Shown here: positions 22,912 to 35,075 of the stretch, one piece after another
Position numbering within the stretch: position 1 is the stretch's first letter
How the letters are laid out: every line of letters begins with the position of its first letter
Source of the DNA: Eledone cirrhosa
Lineage: Eukaryota
Reading direction: 5' to 3'
Length of the DNA: 64,000 nt
NCBI GenBank assembly: GCA_964016885.1
Contig: OZ024751.1
Span: 6,262,001-6,326,000 of the forward strand
Notes under the pieces: model-generated
Databases searched by the model: none
The model's input: only the letters and a program-made list of their open reading frames with translations
What the model was told of the DNA's origin: nothing
Program-made: the position numbers and the translations under genes

Positions 22912-25900
22912 GTTATTGTTATTCCTTGAATCTCAGTCATTGATGTTGGTTAACTGGAAAGTCCGTTGGATTGAATATCAAGCCACTACCTGCAGCCTCA
23001 GATATTCAGGACGTATCGGAGGGTTCTTGCTGTTCCAAGCAAGCATGCCTTTTGAAGCGTTCCAAAAAGCGTGAAGGGGTCGATTTTCTTTAACCATCCC
23101 TGGAAACCTTTGGAGATAGTCCCCAGTGCGCCTATGACAATCGGGATCACTTTGACTTCATGGCAGTTCCAAATCCTTTTCACCTCCCACTTTAGGTCCT
23201 GGTATCGGTTAATTTTCTCCCTCTCCTTCTCTTGCACTCTCGTGTCGAACGGGCAGGCCACATCCACAATCAGGCACGATCTTTTTTCTTTGTCCACAAC
23301 CACCAGGTCAGGTCTATTGTGTTCCAGTTTTTTGTCCGTCTGTATCCTAAAATCCCACAGCACCTTCACCTGACTGTTCTCCATCACCGCCTCTGGCCTA
23401 TGGTCATACCATTTCTCAGAATGTGGTAGATTGTTTACTTTGCACAGGTGCCAGTGGATCACCCTGCCCATCACATCGTGTCTCCAGCCCTTATAGTGGG
23501 TCTGGGCTAGGTGTTTACACTCGGACACAATGTGAGCCACAGTCTCCTCTCTCTCTCCACAGATCCTGCACAGTGGGCTAGCCTCCTCCTTGTAGATATG
23601 GTGCTTCAACCACTTCGTTTTGAGGGCCTGCTCCTGCGCAGCCATTAGCATTCCTTCTGTAGCCTTTTTGAGGTCTCCTCTTCTCAACCAGTTCCATGTC
23701 TGTGGATCTCTAAATTCAGTTTTCTCAAAGAAGGTACTATGAAGGGATTTTCCCTTAAGGCTGCTCTTCCTCCTTGATGTTATTTCCTCCTTGGATATCC
23801 CCTGGCCTACTGTCCCCTCCTTCAGTACAGCTCTGAGCATTGGCTCCTTACTATAGGTCACGTATTTGTATAGGTTGTTTTTCTCCATCTGAACACAGTC
23901 CTCTATGCTGATAAGACCTCTTCCACCCTCAGATCTCCTTAGGTAGAGTCTATCGACATCACTCCTCTTGTGGAACATGTTGTAGATAGTCAATAGCTTC
24001 CTAGTCTTCCTATCCATTTCTTTTTGTTCAGCAACATTCCATCTCAGAATTCCCGCACTGTACCTAATAATAGACACAGCTCGGGAATTTACTGCGCTTA
24101 TGGCATTTCTGCTGTTCAGATGTGACTTCAATACGCTCCTTACTCTCCGAATGTATTCAGTTCTTAACAATTCCTTCATTTTTTTGTTCTTTATGCCATC
24201 AGCCTCCAGAACGCCCAAATACTTGTATCCTTCCTCAGAGTCAATTTCCTTTATCATCTCACCTGTTGGTATCTGGATCCCGTTACTTCTGCTCAACCTA
24301 CCCCTCTTCATCACAATGACTCCACATTTACCAATACCAAACTGCATACATATATCACTGCTGAAAATACGGACAGTGTCAACAAGCACATCCAACTCCT
24401 TCTCACTTTTCCCGAAGAGCTTAAGATCGTCCATGAAGAGGAGGTGATTGATGGTAAGCTCTCCCCTTCCCAACTTGTATCCTGCTCTCACTTTTCGCAG
24501 CATAATGGTCAAGGGCATCAGGGCAAGGACAAACAACAGAGGGGACAGGCTATCTCCCTGGAAGATACCTCTCTTGATCTTCACGCTTCCCAAGGATACT
24601 CCAGTTGATGTCAACTCTGTCTCCCAGGACCCCATACTCCTGCCCAGCAACTGTCTGATGTTATCTGCCACCCTGAAGATCTCCAGGCTTTTGGTGATCC
24701 AGGAATGAGGCACCATGTCAAATGCCTTTCTGTAGTCTATCCATCCCATGGCAAGATCAGTGTGTCTCCTCCTGCAATTCCCCATTACCATCTTATCAAT
24801 AAGCAACTGGTCCTTTGTACCACGTGACTTCTTTCGGCATCCTTTCTGTTCGTCCGGTAACAAGTTGTTTGTGTGGAGGTGATGGTAGATTTCCTCAGAC
24901 ACAATGCTCGTCAACAGTTTCCACATTACGGGCAGACATGTGATAGGTCTATAGTTGGTAACATCATTACCCTTGATTCGGTCTTTCATTATCAGAACTG
25001 TGGTACCTTTTGTCAACCACTCTGGCACCTCACCCGACACCAAGCAGTCATTGAACATGGCCGTCAGCTTCGGGTGGAGGGATGTTAAATGTTTAATCCA
25101 ATACCCCTGCACACCATATGGGCCTGGTGATTTCCAGTTGGTTAGTTTTTTGGCTTGCCCCTTAAGAGTTTCAACTGTGATACTCAAATCAGTCTGTTGT
25201 TGTGCCTGCTCACCGATCTCCCTCTGTACTGTCTCAATCCACCCTGCCTGGGCATTGTGTCTAACATCCTGCTCCCATATTCCTCTCCAGAATGTTTTAG
25301 CTTGTTCCGCCCCAGGATCAAGTCGTTGCCTCTTTCTTTCCCCTCAAGCTGTCCAAACAGCATCTTCTGGTTGTTGTCGAACATGCGGTTCTGTTTATAC
25401 TGACTGACTCTGTTCTCGTATCGCCTGATTTTGGCACTCTTTGCTACAATGCGTTGCTTCAATTCCTCTATGATAATATTTAGCTTTTTACTCCTAGTTT
25501 TGTATTTTATTTCCAGTCTATTTTTAGTGCCTATGTTTTTTAGTGTCCCATTCAGTAGTGACTCAAGCTTTCTTATGTCATTTCTCATTTCCCCGATTTG
25601 CCCACTCAGTCGCTTCTTCCACCACGGCTCTGCTCTTTCTTGTCTGTTGTTTCCTCTCGCTTTTATACCAAGTAGTTTCCTCACCGTATTTGCTGTTGCT
25701 TTGAGGATATTGTTGCACTGGTGAAGACTCCTCGCCTCAAGGTATGGGTTGACTTTGTTTACCTTAGCTGTTGTTTCTTTTAACTTTTTCCTGTCTACAA
25801 ATCTTAGGTTCATAGGTCTCCCACTATCATTGTTCAACTCATCTACCACTAAATTTAGGATGTCAACCGAATCTTGTCCTAGCCCGTCAGCATTCATCTC

Positions 25901-27451
25901 CTCAGTGGCCGTATCTCTGTTCCAGGTATTATTTATCTCAGTATTCAGATCATTGTCTGCTTCGGGTGGTTCCTCCGTTCTCAGGACCTCCTCACCTTCA
26001 TTTCCCGCCGGCTCGCTTGTCTGGCATACTACACCCGCCATCTCCAAGCCATTCTCTCTGCTCAGTTCCTCCAGTTCCAGCTCGCTTATCCACCCATTAG
26101 TTCTTATTACCCGAGCCTGCCCGGCCAATTTTTGTTCATCTAATTTAAATAAACCAATCTCGTTCCAGATGTTATGCATCCGTCTCCTGTAGCCCCTCTC
26201 CTTGGGGTTACTTTTCAGGTAGCATTGCATAACAGTTCTATTCAATTCTTTCGTCCAGTTGGTTCTGGTCCCTTTCCTTCTTCTTCTTCCTCCAACATCA
26301 GCAGTATTTGGTTGACAGTCAGGTTCCTGCTGCTGAGCCAGGGGGCACCTGTTGGGTGAGAGTCTGTCACATGACGTTCTAGTCTCCATTTCACCGTTAT
26401 TCGAACTGTTTATGTTCGATATTTAAACACTCTTATCGAGGATTGGCGAATGTATGTTTACATAGCCATCTGTGGATCCGCCATCCCACTTGGCCCTTGT
26501 GTGGCATTATCACCACGCTGTATACGGACACACATAAACAAACAAACACACGGGCAGAAAGGGCCCCAAAAATGAATAAGCATAAGTTTCATTGTAATGT
26601 AGTATTCGAATGTCTGACTTAGTTTTTGTTTTTTAAGTTTTACTTTTCCCCCCCTCTTCTCTGTCCGTCCGCCTGCTTCTCTCTTCATTCTTATTTTCTT
26701 TACGTTTTTGGGGTTTCTTTTTTTGTTTTTGTTTTTCTCTGTTTTTCTCGTTTTTTACTGTTGTTGCTGTGCTGCTTTTGTTGTTTGTTTTTTCATTTTT
26801 CTTTTGAGTCTATCTATATATTTTGATGCCTTCCTCTTTGTTAGTAGTAGGAATTCTATAATGTGGAAGTGGTAGCCAGCAGAGACTGGCGGCGTTGGCG
26901 ATACTGAGACAGTGGTAGTGGTGATGTCGATACCGAGGCAGTGGTGGCGGTGATGCGACCGTATTACTGTAGTGATGGTGCTGTAGCGGTGGCAGCAGCA
27001 GTGAAGGAGTCAGGGGGTGGTGGCGGCGGTGATGGGATAGTGGTGGTAATGATGGCTGTAGTGAGCGGTGGCGGTGAAGGTGAAAATGCTGTTGTGTTTA
27101 GTGTACACAGATGATGGGGTGGGTGGTGTATCTAGTTTCTGGTGTTGGTGAGTTTCGCTGTCCTATATAGTGTAGCCAGAGGAGAGGAGGGGGGGGGGGG
27201 TTCTTCTTCTTCCATTTATAGCCATTTTATTTTTTTTTTGGATATACAGTGTACAATACAAAGTTGAATATTTGAATATTTGAGCCTTATAACAATATAT
27301 TTTGGGTCCGAATTTTTTGGGGCTCAAGCCGGGTGCTTTACGTAGCATTTGTACTAAGAGTTGTTATTTCACAAATGATTTAAATATGTTAAAAATTCAA
27401 AACTTACGGGAGCGATTTCATGACCTCCGTCACCTCGTGCGTCTTCTTCCC
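22870..27451 (-). mobile_element. Apparently full-length R4/Dong-like element, family B, bounded by (TAA)n at both ends
   Basis: Tail 22870-22922, ORF 22998-26389, leader running to 27451 where (TAA)n resumes. Confidence 0.9.
22998..26389 (-). pseudogene. Family B RT-RLE polyprotein with apparently a single frameshift near 25320
   Basis: ORFs 25184-26389 (RTNWTKELN..YRRRM..W) and 22998-25187 (WKSPGP, FMDD, CRIC..H..C, RHD, RPD..D). Confidence 0.9.
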
Positions 27452-27522
<71 letters not shown>

Positions 27523-27864
27523 GGCGACCCACGTAGTAAATCGTATCATCGTGAGCTCCGCAAATGTTTTTTTATTTCCGTTTGTTAAAAATTGCCGTTT
27601 ATGGAAAATTTTTATTGTTAACTATATATAAGTGCACACACATTGTTTTCCGGAAAGGACACCCAAAAAGATAGGGCCTTGTGCCCGAAATTTAAACGTT
27701 TATGATTATCAAAAAAATTCTTTGAAAAAAAATGGCTAATTCACCTCTGCACCAAGCAGCTGAAAGCCTTCCTCACAAATTAACACCTCACACCGACACC
27801 ACCATTGTAAATGATAATACGTTTGCCAACACAAACAATTTAAGCACTACCCAAAATTTTAAAT

Positions 27865-29241
27865 TTGTCTCAGGCAGACATTCATTTCCTGCCATTACCA
27901 ATGACTGAAGGTGTTAAAGCCGCCGCCACCACCACCACCGCGACAACCACCACCCCCACCACAACCGCGACAACAGAAACAAAAGGAAAAAATAAATCAA
28001 CTCGTGATGTCGAAATATTTTCAACCAAAATGGACTCTTCCAAACCGAACTCCACTGACGTCACCACCCCACCACCACAACTGAAACTAAAGTTAATAAT
28101 AACAAAAATAAAGATAGCAACAACAACAACAATGACATTAAAAAAAACCACCTTGAGTTTTGCCAGAGTAGCAAAACAGTGCGAAGCATTTACGGTAACT
28201 CAGGAGGAATTAGAAAATGCCAAAAAAATGGTAAAGAAAGATGGGTACAGGGTCAGCCTCACTCCCCCCCCACCTAATAAGATGGAGCATCGGCGCCTAT
28301 GCACCGTGTCGTATCGAACAATAAATGTAAAATCGCGCCGAGTGGAACGGGCATCCGAGTCCCAAATCCAAAAAGCTTTGGGACATGTGTGGGCAAGAAA
28401 AACCCACATCAGACGTGGGCAGAAGTATGGAACCGTGAACGTGTTCTTTGAAACACCAGAGGAGGCTAGAGAACACTCCATGGCCTCATTAAGAAGTGAC
28501 GACTTCACACTCGTCCCAAGCTATTGTGGCCAGAGACTCGTAAAGATCAGGGTGACCCACGTTCCACCGGCCATCGAAATTCCCTGGCTAATAGCGGCCG
28601 TCCTCGCCGGCATCGAAGCCAACACAAAGATAATAGCAATAGCAAAAGAAAAGCAGGAGAACTGGTCCGGATCTGGGATGGAGCTCCTGATCCAAGCGAA
28701 CCAAAAAAGCATTGAGGAGATCCCAGAGGTAATAGACCTCACTGACGGAAGCCACCTCACCGTAATTGTCGAGGGCAGAAGGCCTAGGTGTGTCGTTTGT
28801 GGTGAAGGAACCCACCTAAGGGCTTTCTGCCCTCAGGTTAAAAGGTTTAGGCCAACTCTCCTACCCACCCCAGTGACTCAACCATCAACACCACAAGTAG
28901 TAGAGATGGCAGCAACAACTGTAGCAGCAACAACAGCAGCAACTATAACAGCAACAACCCCAGCAACAGTAGCAAAGCCAACACCACCACCACCAGCAAA
29001 ACCACCACCACCACCACCACCACCCAACGCTCCAGAACTAGCACCAGCGCCTACACCATCCACCACGTCACAACCAAAACTAACGCCTGTGGAGGATTTT
29101 CCACTACCCGGCCTATCACAACTGGAGACAGATTGTGACGACGAGGAGTGGGAAACGGTATCAGGAAAAAAAAAGAAACCAAAAAAGAAAATATTCTCTT
29201 CCTTCCCCCTCCAAAAACAAAATACAGAGGGAAACAAATAA
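27865..29241 (+). CDS. Tx1 ORF1 (nucleic-acid-binding, single CCHC knuckle); probably continued to TAA ~29731 before a frameshift
   Basis: CVVCGEGTHLRAFC knuckle, Thr/Pro-rich segments, WETVSGKKKK motif; lies upstream of ORF2; start codon uncertain. Confidence 0.75.
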   Translation: MSQADIHFLPLPMTEGVKAAATTTTATTTTPTTTATTETKGKNKSTRDVEIFSTKMDSSKPNSTDVTTPPPQLKLKLIITKIKIATTTTMTLKKTTLSFARVAKQCEAFTVTQEELENAKKMVKKDGYRVSLTPPPPNKMEHRRLCTVSYRTINVKSRRVERASESQIQKALGHVWARKTHIRRGQKYGTVNVFFETPEEAREHSMASLRSDDFTLVPSYCGQRLVKIRVTHVPPAIEIPWLIAAVLAGIEANTKIIAIAKEKQENWSGSGMELLIQANQKSIEEIPEVIDLTDGSHLTVIVEGRRPRCVVCGEGTHLRAFCPQVKRFRPTLLPTPVTQPSTPQVVEMAATTVAATTAATITATTPATVAKPTPPPPAKPPPPPPPPNAPELAPAPTPSTTSQPKLTPVEDFPLPGLSQLETDCDDEEWETVSGKKKKPKKKIFSSFPLQKQNTEGNK

Positions 29242-29765
29242 ATTAACAAACAAAAAAGTTAGGACAGATATGCCACCATCCACACCAGCATCACCAATCC
29301 CATCAACCCAACCACCAACAGCATCACCATCATTAAATCCAACACCACCATCACCTACGCCACAAAAGTCACCAAAATGCGAAACAGAAACAAACCCACA
29401 ACAAACGCAAACAAAACAAAACAACCAAAACGATACACACTACACAGCATTAAATTTGAACACAAGCAATTATTTCACTACATCCAACACAACACCAACA
29501 TCACAGAAAAAAGACTAGACAACAACCCAAAAATTCACACCACCTCCACACATACAAATCACTCGCATCACACAGAAAACGTACATGACACTAAAACAAA
29601 AATTCCCCAAAGACATCGGAGACTTCCGACAAGCACCCTCCAGGAGGATTTATAAGGACATCCTTCCTGAGGAGGCCACAAGCAGTGAAAATGATGGAAA
29701 AACCGTCCTTCCTCTACGAGAAGTAAGGTAAGCGGTCTTTCCCATCTTTTCCACTCCTTTTCAAC

Positions 29766-32700
29766 ATGACCTCACTCAGAATAGGCAGCATAAATGCTCG
29801 TGGCTTGGGGTCGTCATTCAAGTAGGGCCACTTGCTCAACGACCTCAGGTCACTAAACATAGATGTAGTGGCCATCAGCGAGACCAGAATCTCCGAAGCA
29901 CGGGCCTTTGCACCGATCTTCGGCGGCTACGATGTGTACGCATCTCCCAGCCGTCCGGGATCGGGGGGAGGAGTTGCTGTGCTTTTTCAGAGAGGTTTGT
30001 ATCTTGCCATACGGTCCATCTTCCTGGACCCAGAAGGTAAGTTGGTGGTGCTGGACGTGACCAGCGGAGACGGGCAAGTTTTCAGGTTAGTGGCCGTCTA
30101 TGCCCCGACAGAAGCAGGGCGGCCTGTTTCTTACGGCGTCTAGAGACCTTTCTTGGACGTCTCGCTCTTTAGTGTTAGTGGGCGACTGGAACGGGATCTT
30201 AGATGCACGCTGGGATTGTGTGGGATTAGCGGATAGGGGTGGAGGGTGCAAGAGCCTCACCAGCCTGCTCAGGCGTTTTGAACTGTCTGACAGGTACCGA
30301 TTGGATTTCCCGAATGTACCAATGTGGACTTGGACAAATCGCATAGGGTCATCCAGATCATATCTAGATAGAGTATTTTGTAGGGAAATAGATAGGTCTA
30401 GCATAGGCTTCCACAATACAAGATTTTCAGCTACACGGACCACAAATTCGTGATCTGTGTGCTTGACTTAGATAGGCTTCATAGACGAGGACCCGGCTAC
30501 TGGAAGCTAAACGCGTCCTTACCAGCGCGCAAGGCCTACAGCGACTGGATTAGCGAACTAGTTAAGCGGGCGTTGACGGGGGCCATCGTCAACAACAAGT
30601 GGTGGTTTGCTCTGAAAAGAGCAATTAGAATAGAGTCCATTAGGTTTAGTAAGGCTTTAGTAATAGAGAAAAATAGAGCAGAGGGAGAACTCGTTAGAAA
30701 ATTAGACGAGGCGCTTGGCAAAGGCATTGCGACCGACGTGCTTGCGGCGAAATTGGCCCTTGACCAATTCTTCAATGCAAAGCACGAAGGCTGCGTTGTC
30801 AGAGCTAGGGTACGTGCTCTCAGACACGAGGGGACGAAAGCCGTTCAATGGGCCCGAGTGGCGGAGGCGCGTCTTGGCAACAAAGGCACGATCCGGTCTT
30901 TGGTGGACAACGACGGGCGCATGCTACTCGATCCCGGGCAAATCTGTGAAGCTTTTCAGCGACACTTCGTTCAACTGTTCGGGGGCAGTGGCGGGCCGGA
31001 TCAAGGGATGGACTTTAGTGTCTACCTCGACGGACTGCCGCGGCTTTCGGCCACTGAGGCGGAGTGTTGCGAAAAGCCGATAACAGCCGCTGAAGTACGG
31101 GAGGCAATGACTGGCTGCACAAGGGGTAAATCGCCTGGTTTGGATGGTCTGCCCTATGAACTTTACGTACAAATGCCAGACTTGTTTGGAGGCCTCTTGG
31201 CGGACGTCTACTGCAACTGGCAACAGAACGGGAGAATTCCCAGCTCTGTGAGACGAGGAGCGGTGGCGCTGCTGAGAAAGGAGAAATGATCCGAACAAGG
31301 GGGATACCATAGATAATTTCAGGCCCATAACTCTGTTAAACACAGAGTTCAAGATTTTGGCCAAGGTGCTAGCAAAGAGGTTGGTGCTTGTCGTTGGTGG
31401 TCTGGTGGGAGAGGCGCAGACATGCGCCATTCCCGACAGATCCATCCACGACAACCTCCACCTCATGCGATACATCGTAGAGAGGGTAGCTAGGGAACTT
31501 GGCACGGGTGGGTCTTTGATCAATTTAGATCAGTCGAAAGCCTTCGATAGGGTCGACCATCGTTACCTAGCGGCAGTCCTGAGGGCGGCTGGCTTTGGGC
31601 CCGTCTTCAGAGGCTGGATCGCTGCCATGCACAGCGACATCTGCTCTGTAGTGAGAGTGAACGGTCACCTTTCGGAACTGTTCAACATCATGCGCTCGGT
31701 CCGCCAAGGATGTCCCCTCTCGTCTCTATTGTACGTATTGACTCTCGAGCCATTACTGCACAAACTGGAGACGTTGAGGGGGGTCCCGCGCGAACTAGGA
31801 TGCGGAAGATCCGTGTCAGCATATGCGCACAATGTCACCGTAGTGGTGACGAACGCCAAACACATCGAGGCGATCGGCACTACACTAAGAGAATACGAAG
31901 CGGTGACAGGAGCAAGAATCAACCAGGAAAAGTCAGTGGGCCTGCAACTCGGCACCTTTAGAGGCAGGTCCATGCCGTCCAACAGCGTCGTCGGGCGCTG
32001 GACGGACGGACCGGTTAAATTGCTAGGGGTCTGGTTCGGTCCATACCTCCAGACGGACAAAAACTGAGACGAGGTGACGAGCAGGGTGGCTTCTCTCACC
32101 CAGAAATGGGCCGAGAGGAATCTATCCCTGAAAGATCGAGCGGAGGTGGCTAACGCGTACATCGCGTCCGTCATCTACTACCCCCTGACCGTCGTACCTT
32201 GTCCTAAGCCCCGCCTGACTGCGCTGGAGCGTTTGCTCTTTCGCTTTTTGTGGAAAGGACGCGCTCCGATGGTCAGGCGGTCCATCTGCTGTCAACACCA
32301 GCTACGCGGAGGGCTGGGCATGCCGTGGCTGATGATGCGCAGACACGCGCTCAGGCTACGACATCTCCACCTTTTCCTCGACGGTGATCAGGTGTGGTCG
32401 CCGTTTGCTAGACGCGTTTTTCCCCAGGTCGTTTCCTTGACGGAGCTGCAGTCCTGGGTCAAGCGAAGACCGAGAGGGAGCGCTTGGAGACTGGAATGTC
32501 TTCAGGCGCTCACAGCCCTCGACCAATCGGGCAATGTGATCGGTGGAAACTCCACCTCGGCGTTCTATAGAGGATTAGTGGAGGGGAAGAGCGACGACGT
32601 ACTTGGGGAAACTCTAGGCGTCGACGAAAATCAACTAGCCAATCTCTTCGGAAGAACTTTCGGGCCAGGGCCTATGGACAACTTCCAGAAATCTCTGGCC

Positions 32701-33189
32701 TGGCAGTACTACCGAGGAGCCTTGCCAGTTCGGGATAAACTCTACAGGCATGGAGGTGCCGTCAGCCGGGCATGTCCGAGATGCGCGCAGGGCGACGAAA
32801 CCGTCCTACACGCACTCGTCCAGTGTCCGAGCATTGCTGACTTGTGGGTTTATGTCGAACACCTGCTGTCACGTGTAGGACGGATCCAGCTATCAGCTGA
32901 GTCCATCGTGAGGATTGCCCCGCCCCCTTCCTTTAGCCTGGAAGTGCAGGCAGTTTTTATCTGTCTGGTGGCCATGGCGAAAGAGATAGTATGGTGGACA
33001 CGTTTGAAAGGGCTGAAGACGAGCACTTACCTCTTCGGTGATGCCCTGATTAACTTTTTCAAATTTCATTTGAAAAGGAAAGTCAGGGTAGAGAGGGAAG
33101 TGCTCTCTTCCCAGCATTTTGTTGAAAGATGGGTGAGAGAAGCAAGGATGGCCCGAATGAATGGGCCTTCTCTGAGTATGTGTCTGTAA
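29766..33189 (+). pseudogene. Tx1 ORF2 with stops/frameshifts; catalytic YADD mutated to YAHN
   Basis: Near-identical to 3102-6521 but split into five ORFs. Confidence 0.93.
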
Positions 33190-33432
33190 ATTAAAGGTGG
33201 AAAACTGGGAGAGGGCACTTGCCCTGGTGGTCAGGGCCACTGTGGTCTTTTAATGGGCTTTCTCCACAAATGTCCCTTGGAAGTCTCCCCCCTATTGGGG
33301 AATTTTTCTTTGTTATTTTATTTCAACCTCTGTTTTTTTTACACGCAGAAATGCCAATTTGTACCGTCCTGTATTGTCTTGTACTGTCCTTAATGTCTAC
33401 TTTATGTGAACCCTTGTGGTTAATAAAGAAAA

Positions 33433-33488
<56 letters not shown>

Positions 33489-34190
33489 ACTAATAATAAT
33501 TTATAATAATTAATAATATTTATAATGGATAATAATATTTATAATAGATAATAAATAATAACTTTATAATAAAATAAACTCCTCTCTATATTAATAAATA
33601 TTAATACGCTATAACTCTTTATTTAATTTGGAAAAGAATTAAACAAATATTAAATCAATAAAATTAATATATAAATAAATAACAAACAAGTATATTAATT
33701 AATAAATTGATTAATTGCATAATGATTTAAATAACATAAGGTTTTTTAATCTATTGAAACCTTGTAATATTTACTGAATTTTTCCTAATTACCTCCCTTT
33801 TGTGCTAATCTCTTTTTTGCGTTGAAATTCTAGCCGTTACAGCTATGTAACACCACTGCTATCATTAGATTTAGTGAACATATTTTTTTAACTCCTATTA
33901 TAACTCTTAATAGAAGTTCTACAGAGAAGAATGTATTATACAATATGTTTCTAATAAATATATTGACATGGCAACAGAGACCGTGGGATTAATGTTTACT
34001 TCATACATATATTTATACTTTACTTATTTATTTCCATTGCTCACATACGCTACAACTATAAATTGTAACATTTCAAAGATTAAACCTTTACTTTGCACCC
34101 GACATAAACATTTCTACATTAACTCCAATATAAATATATTTAAATGCTACTAACTTGTCTTATTTTACTTACATTATTTACATTACATAA

Positions 34191-34286
34191 CGAGGTTGAC
34201 TTTGCCTTTCATCCTTACGGGGTCGATAAAATAAAGTACCAGTAATTCACTGGGAAATTGCTGGTCTTGTGCCTAAAGTAGAAACA
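34191..34286 (+). mobile_element. 5'-truncated SINE with ~19-bp TSD
   Basis: TSD ATTATT(T/C)ACATTACATAAC at 34173-34191 and 34287-34305. Confidence 0.88.
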
Positions 34287-34840
34287 ATTATTCACATTAC
34301 ATAACATTTATATCTATGCTATCATTACGTATCTGTTTTTACCATAATGCATGCTACTAATAACATTATTTATGTTATAAACTTCATATATTCACTTTCT
34401 GTCTTACCTTATACATGCTTATATTAATATTCTGTATATTTTGCTTCATATACCCTTATTATAACACCTTTCACTACTTTGAAATCTGTTTACTATTATA
34501 TAATGTATTTGCTTGCTATCTTTTTGCACCTGTATTACCTATATGCATACTGCTAGTAACTTTCTGTGTAATAAGCTTATTATAATCAATTTAAGTAATA
34601 ACCTCTTTACAACAGCTCCCAATAATTTGCTATCTGTCAACTATATTATCATTTTGTTACTCTTCCTTTTCAATATGTTACTGACACTTTATAATAATGT
34701 ATCTTAAGGAATGTTCTAAGGACTAGGAATTTAATTACTTGTTTCAACATTGTGTATGCTCCGAATATTCCAGACAGTTGTATGGAAGAAACGATCAGCA
34801 GCAGTTAAATGCATTAAGCAAACAATTGATTGTTTTATAT

Positions 34841-34886
<46 letters not shown>

Positions 34887-34904
34887 CATATATATATATA
34901 TATA

Positions 34905-35075
34905 GGAACATGTATGATCCCGACGGCCTAGTTCTGGACAGTCCAGAAATAGCCGTCGAAACGGCTTGAGCTCTGCCGTCGGGGTCATACATTTTCCTAT
35001 TACCCACTCTATTACCCTAAGTATTGAGTACTCTGGTGCGTTATGGTCCATCTGGTTCCACAACTCCTTCGTTAT
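34905..35075 (+). repeat. PLE pseudo-LTR fragment (3' half of hammerhead) with short inverted 5' piece
   Basis: Matches 60630-60770 and 62015-62150; GAAA-CGGC..GCCG-TC-GGGGT. Confidence 0.7.

Larger units (their letters stand above)
27522..33434 (+). mobile_element. Full-length Tx1-clade LINE between two (TTA)n tracts
   Basis: (TTA)n at 27452-27522 and 33434-33490; 5' UTR, ORF1, ORF2, 3' UTR with AATAAA. Confidence 0.92.
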
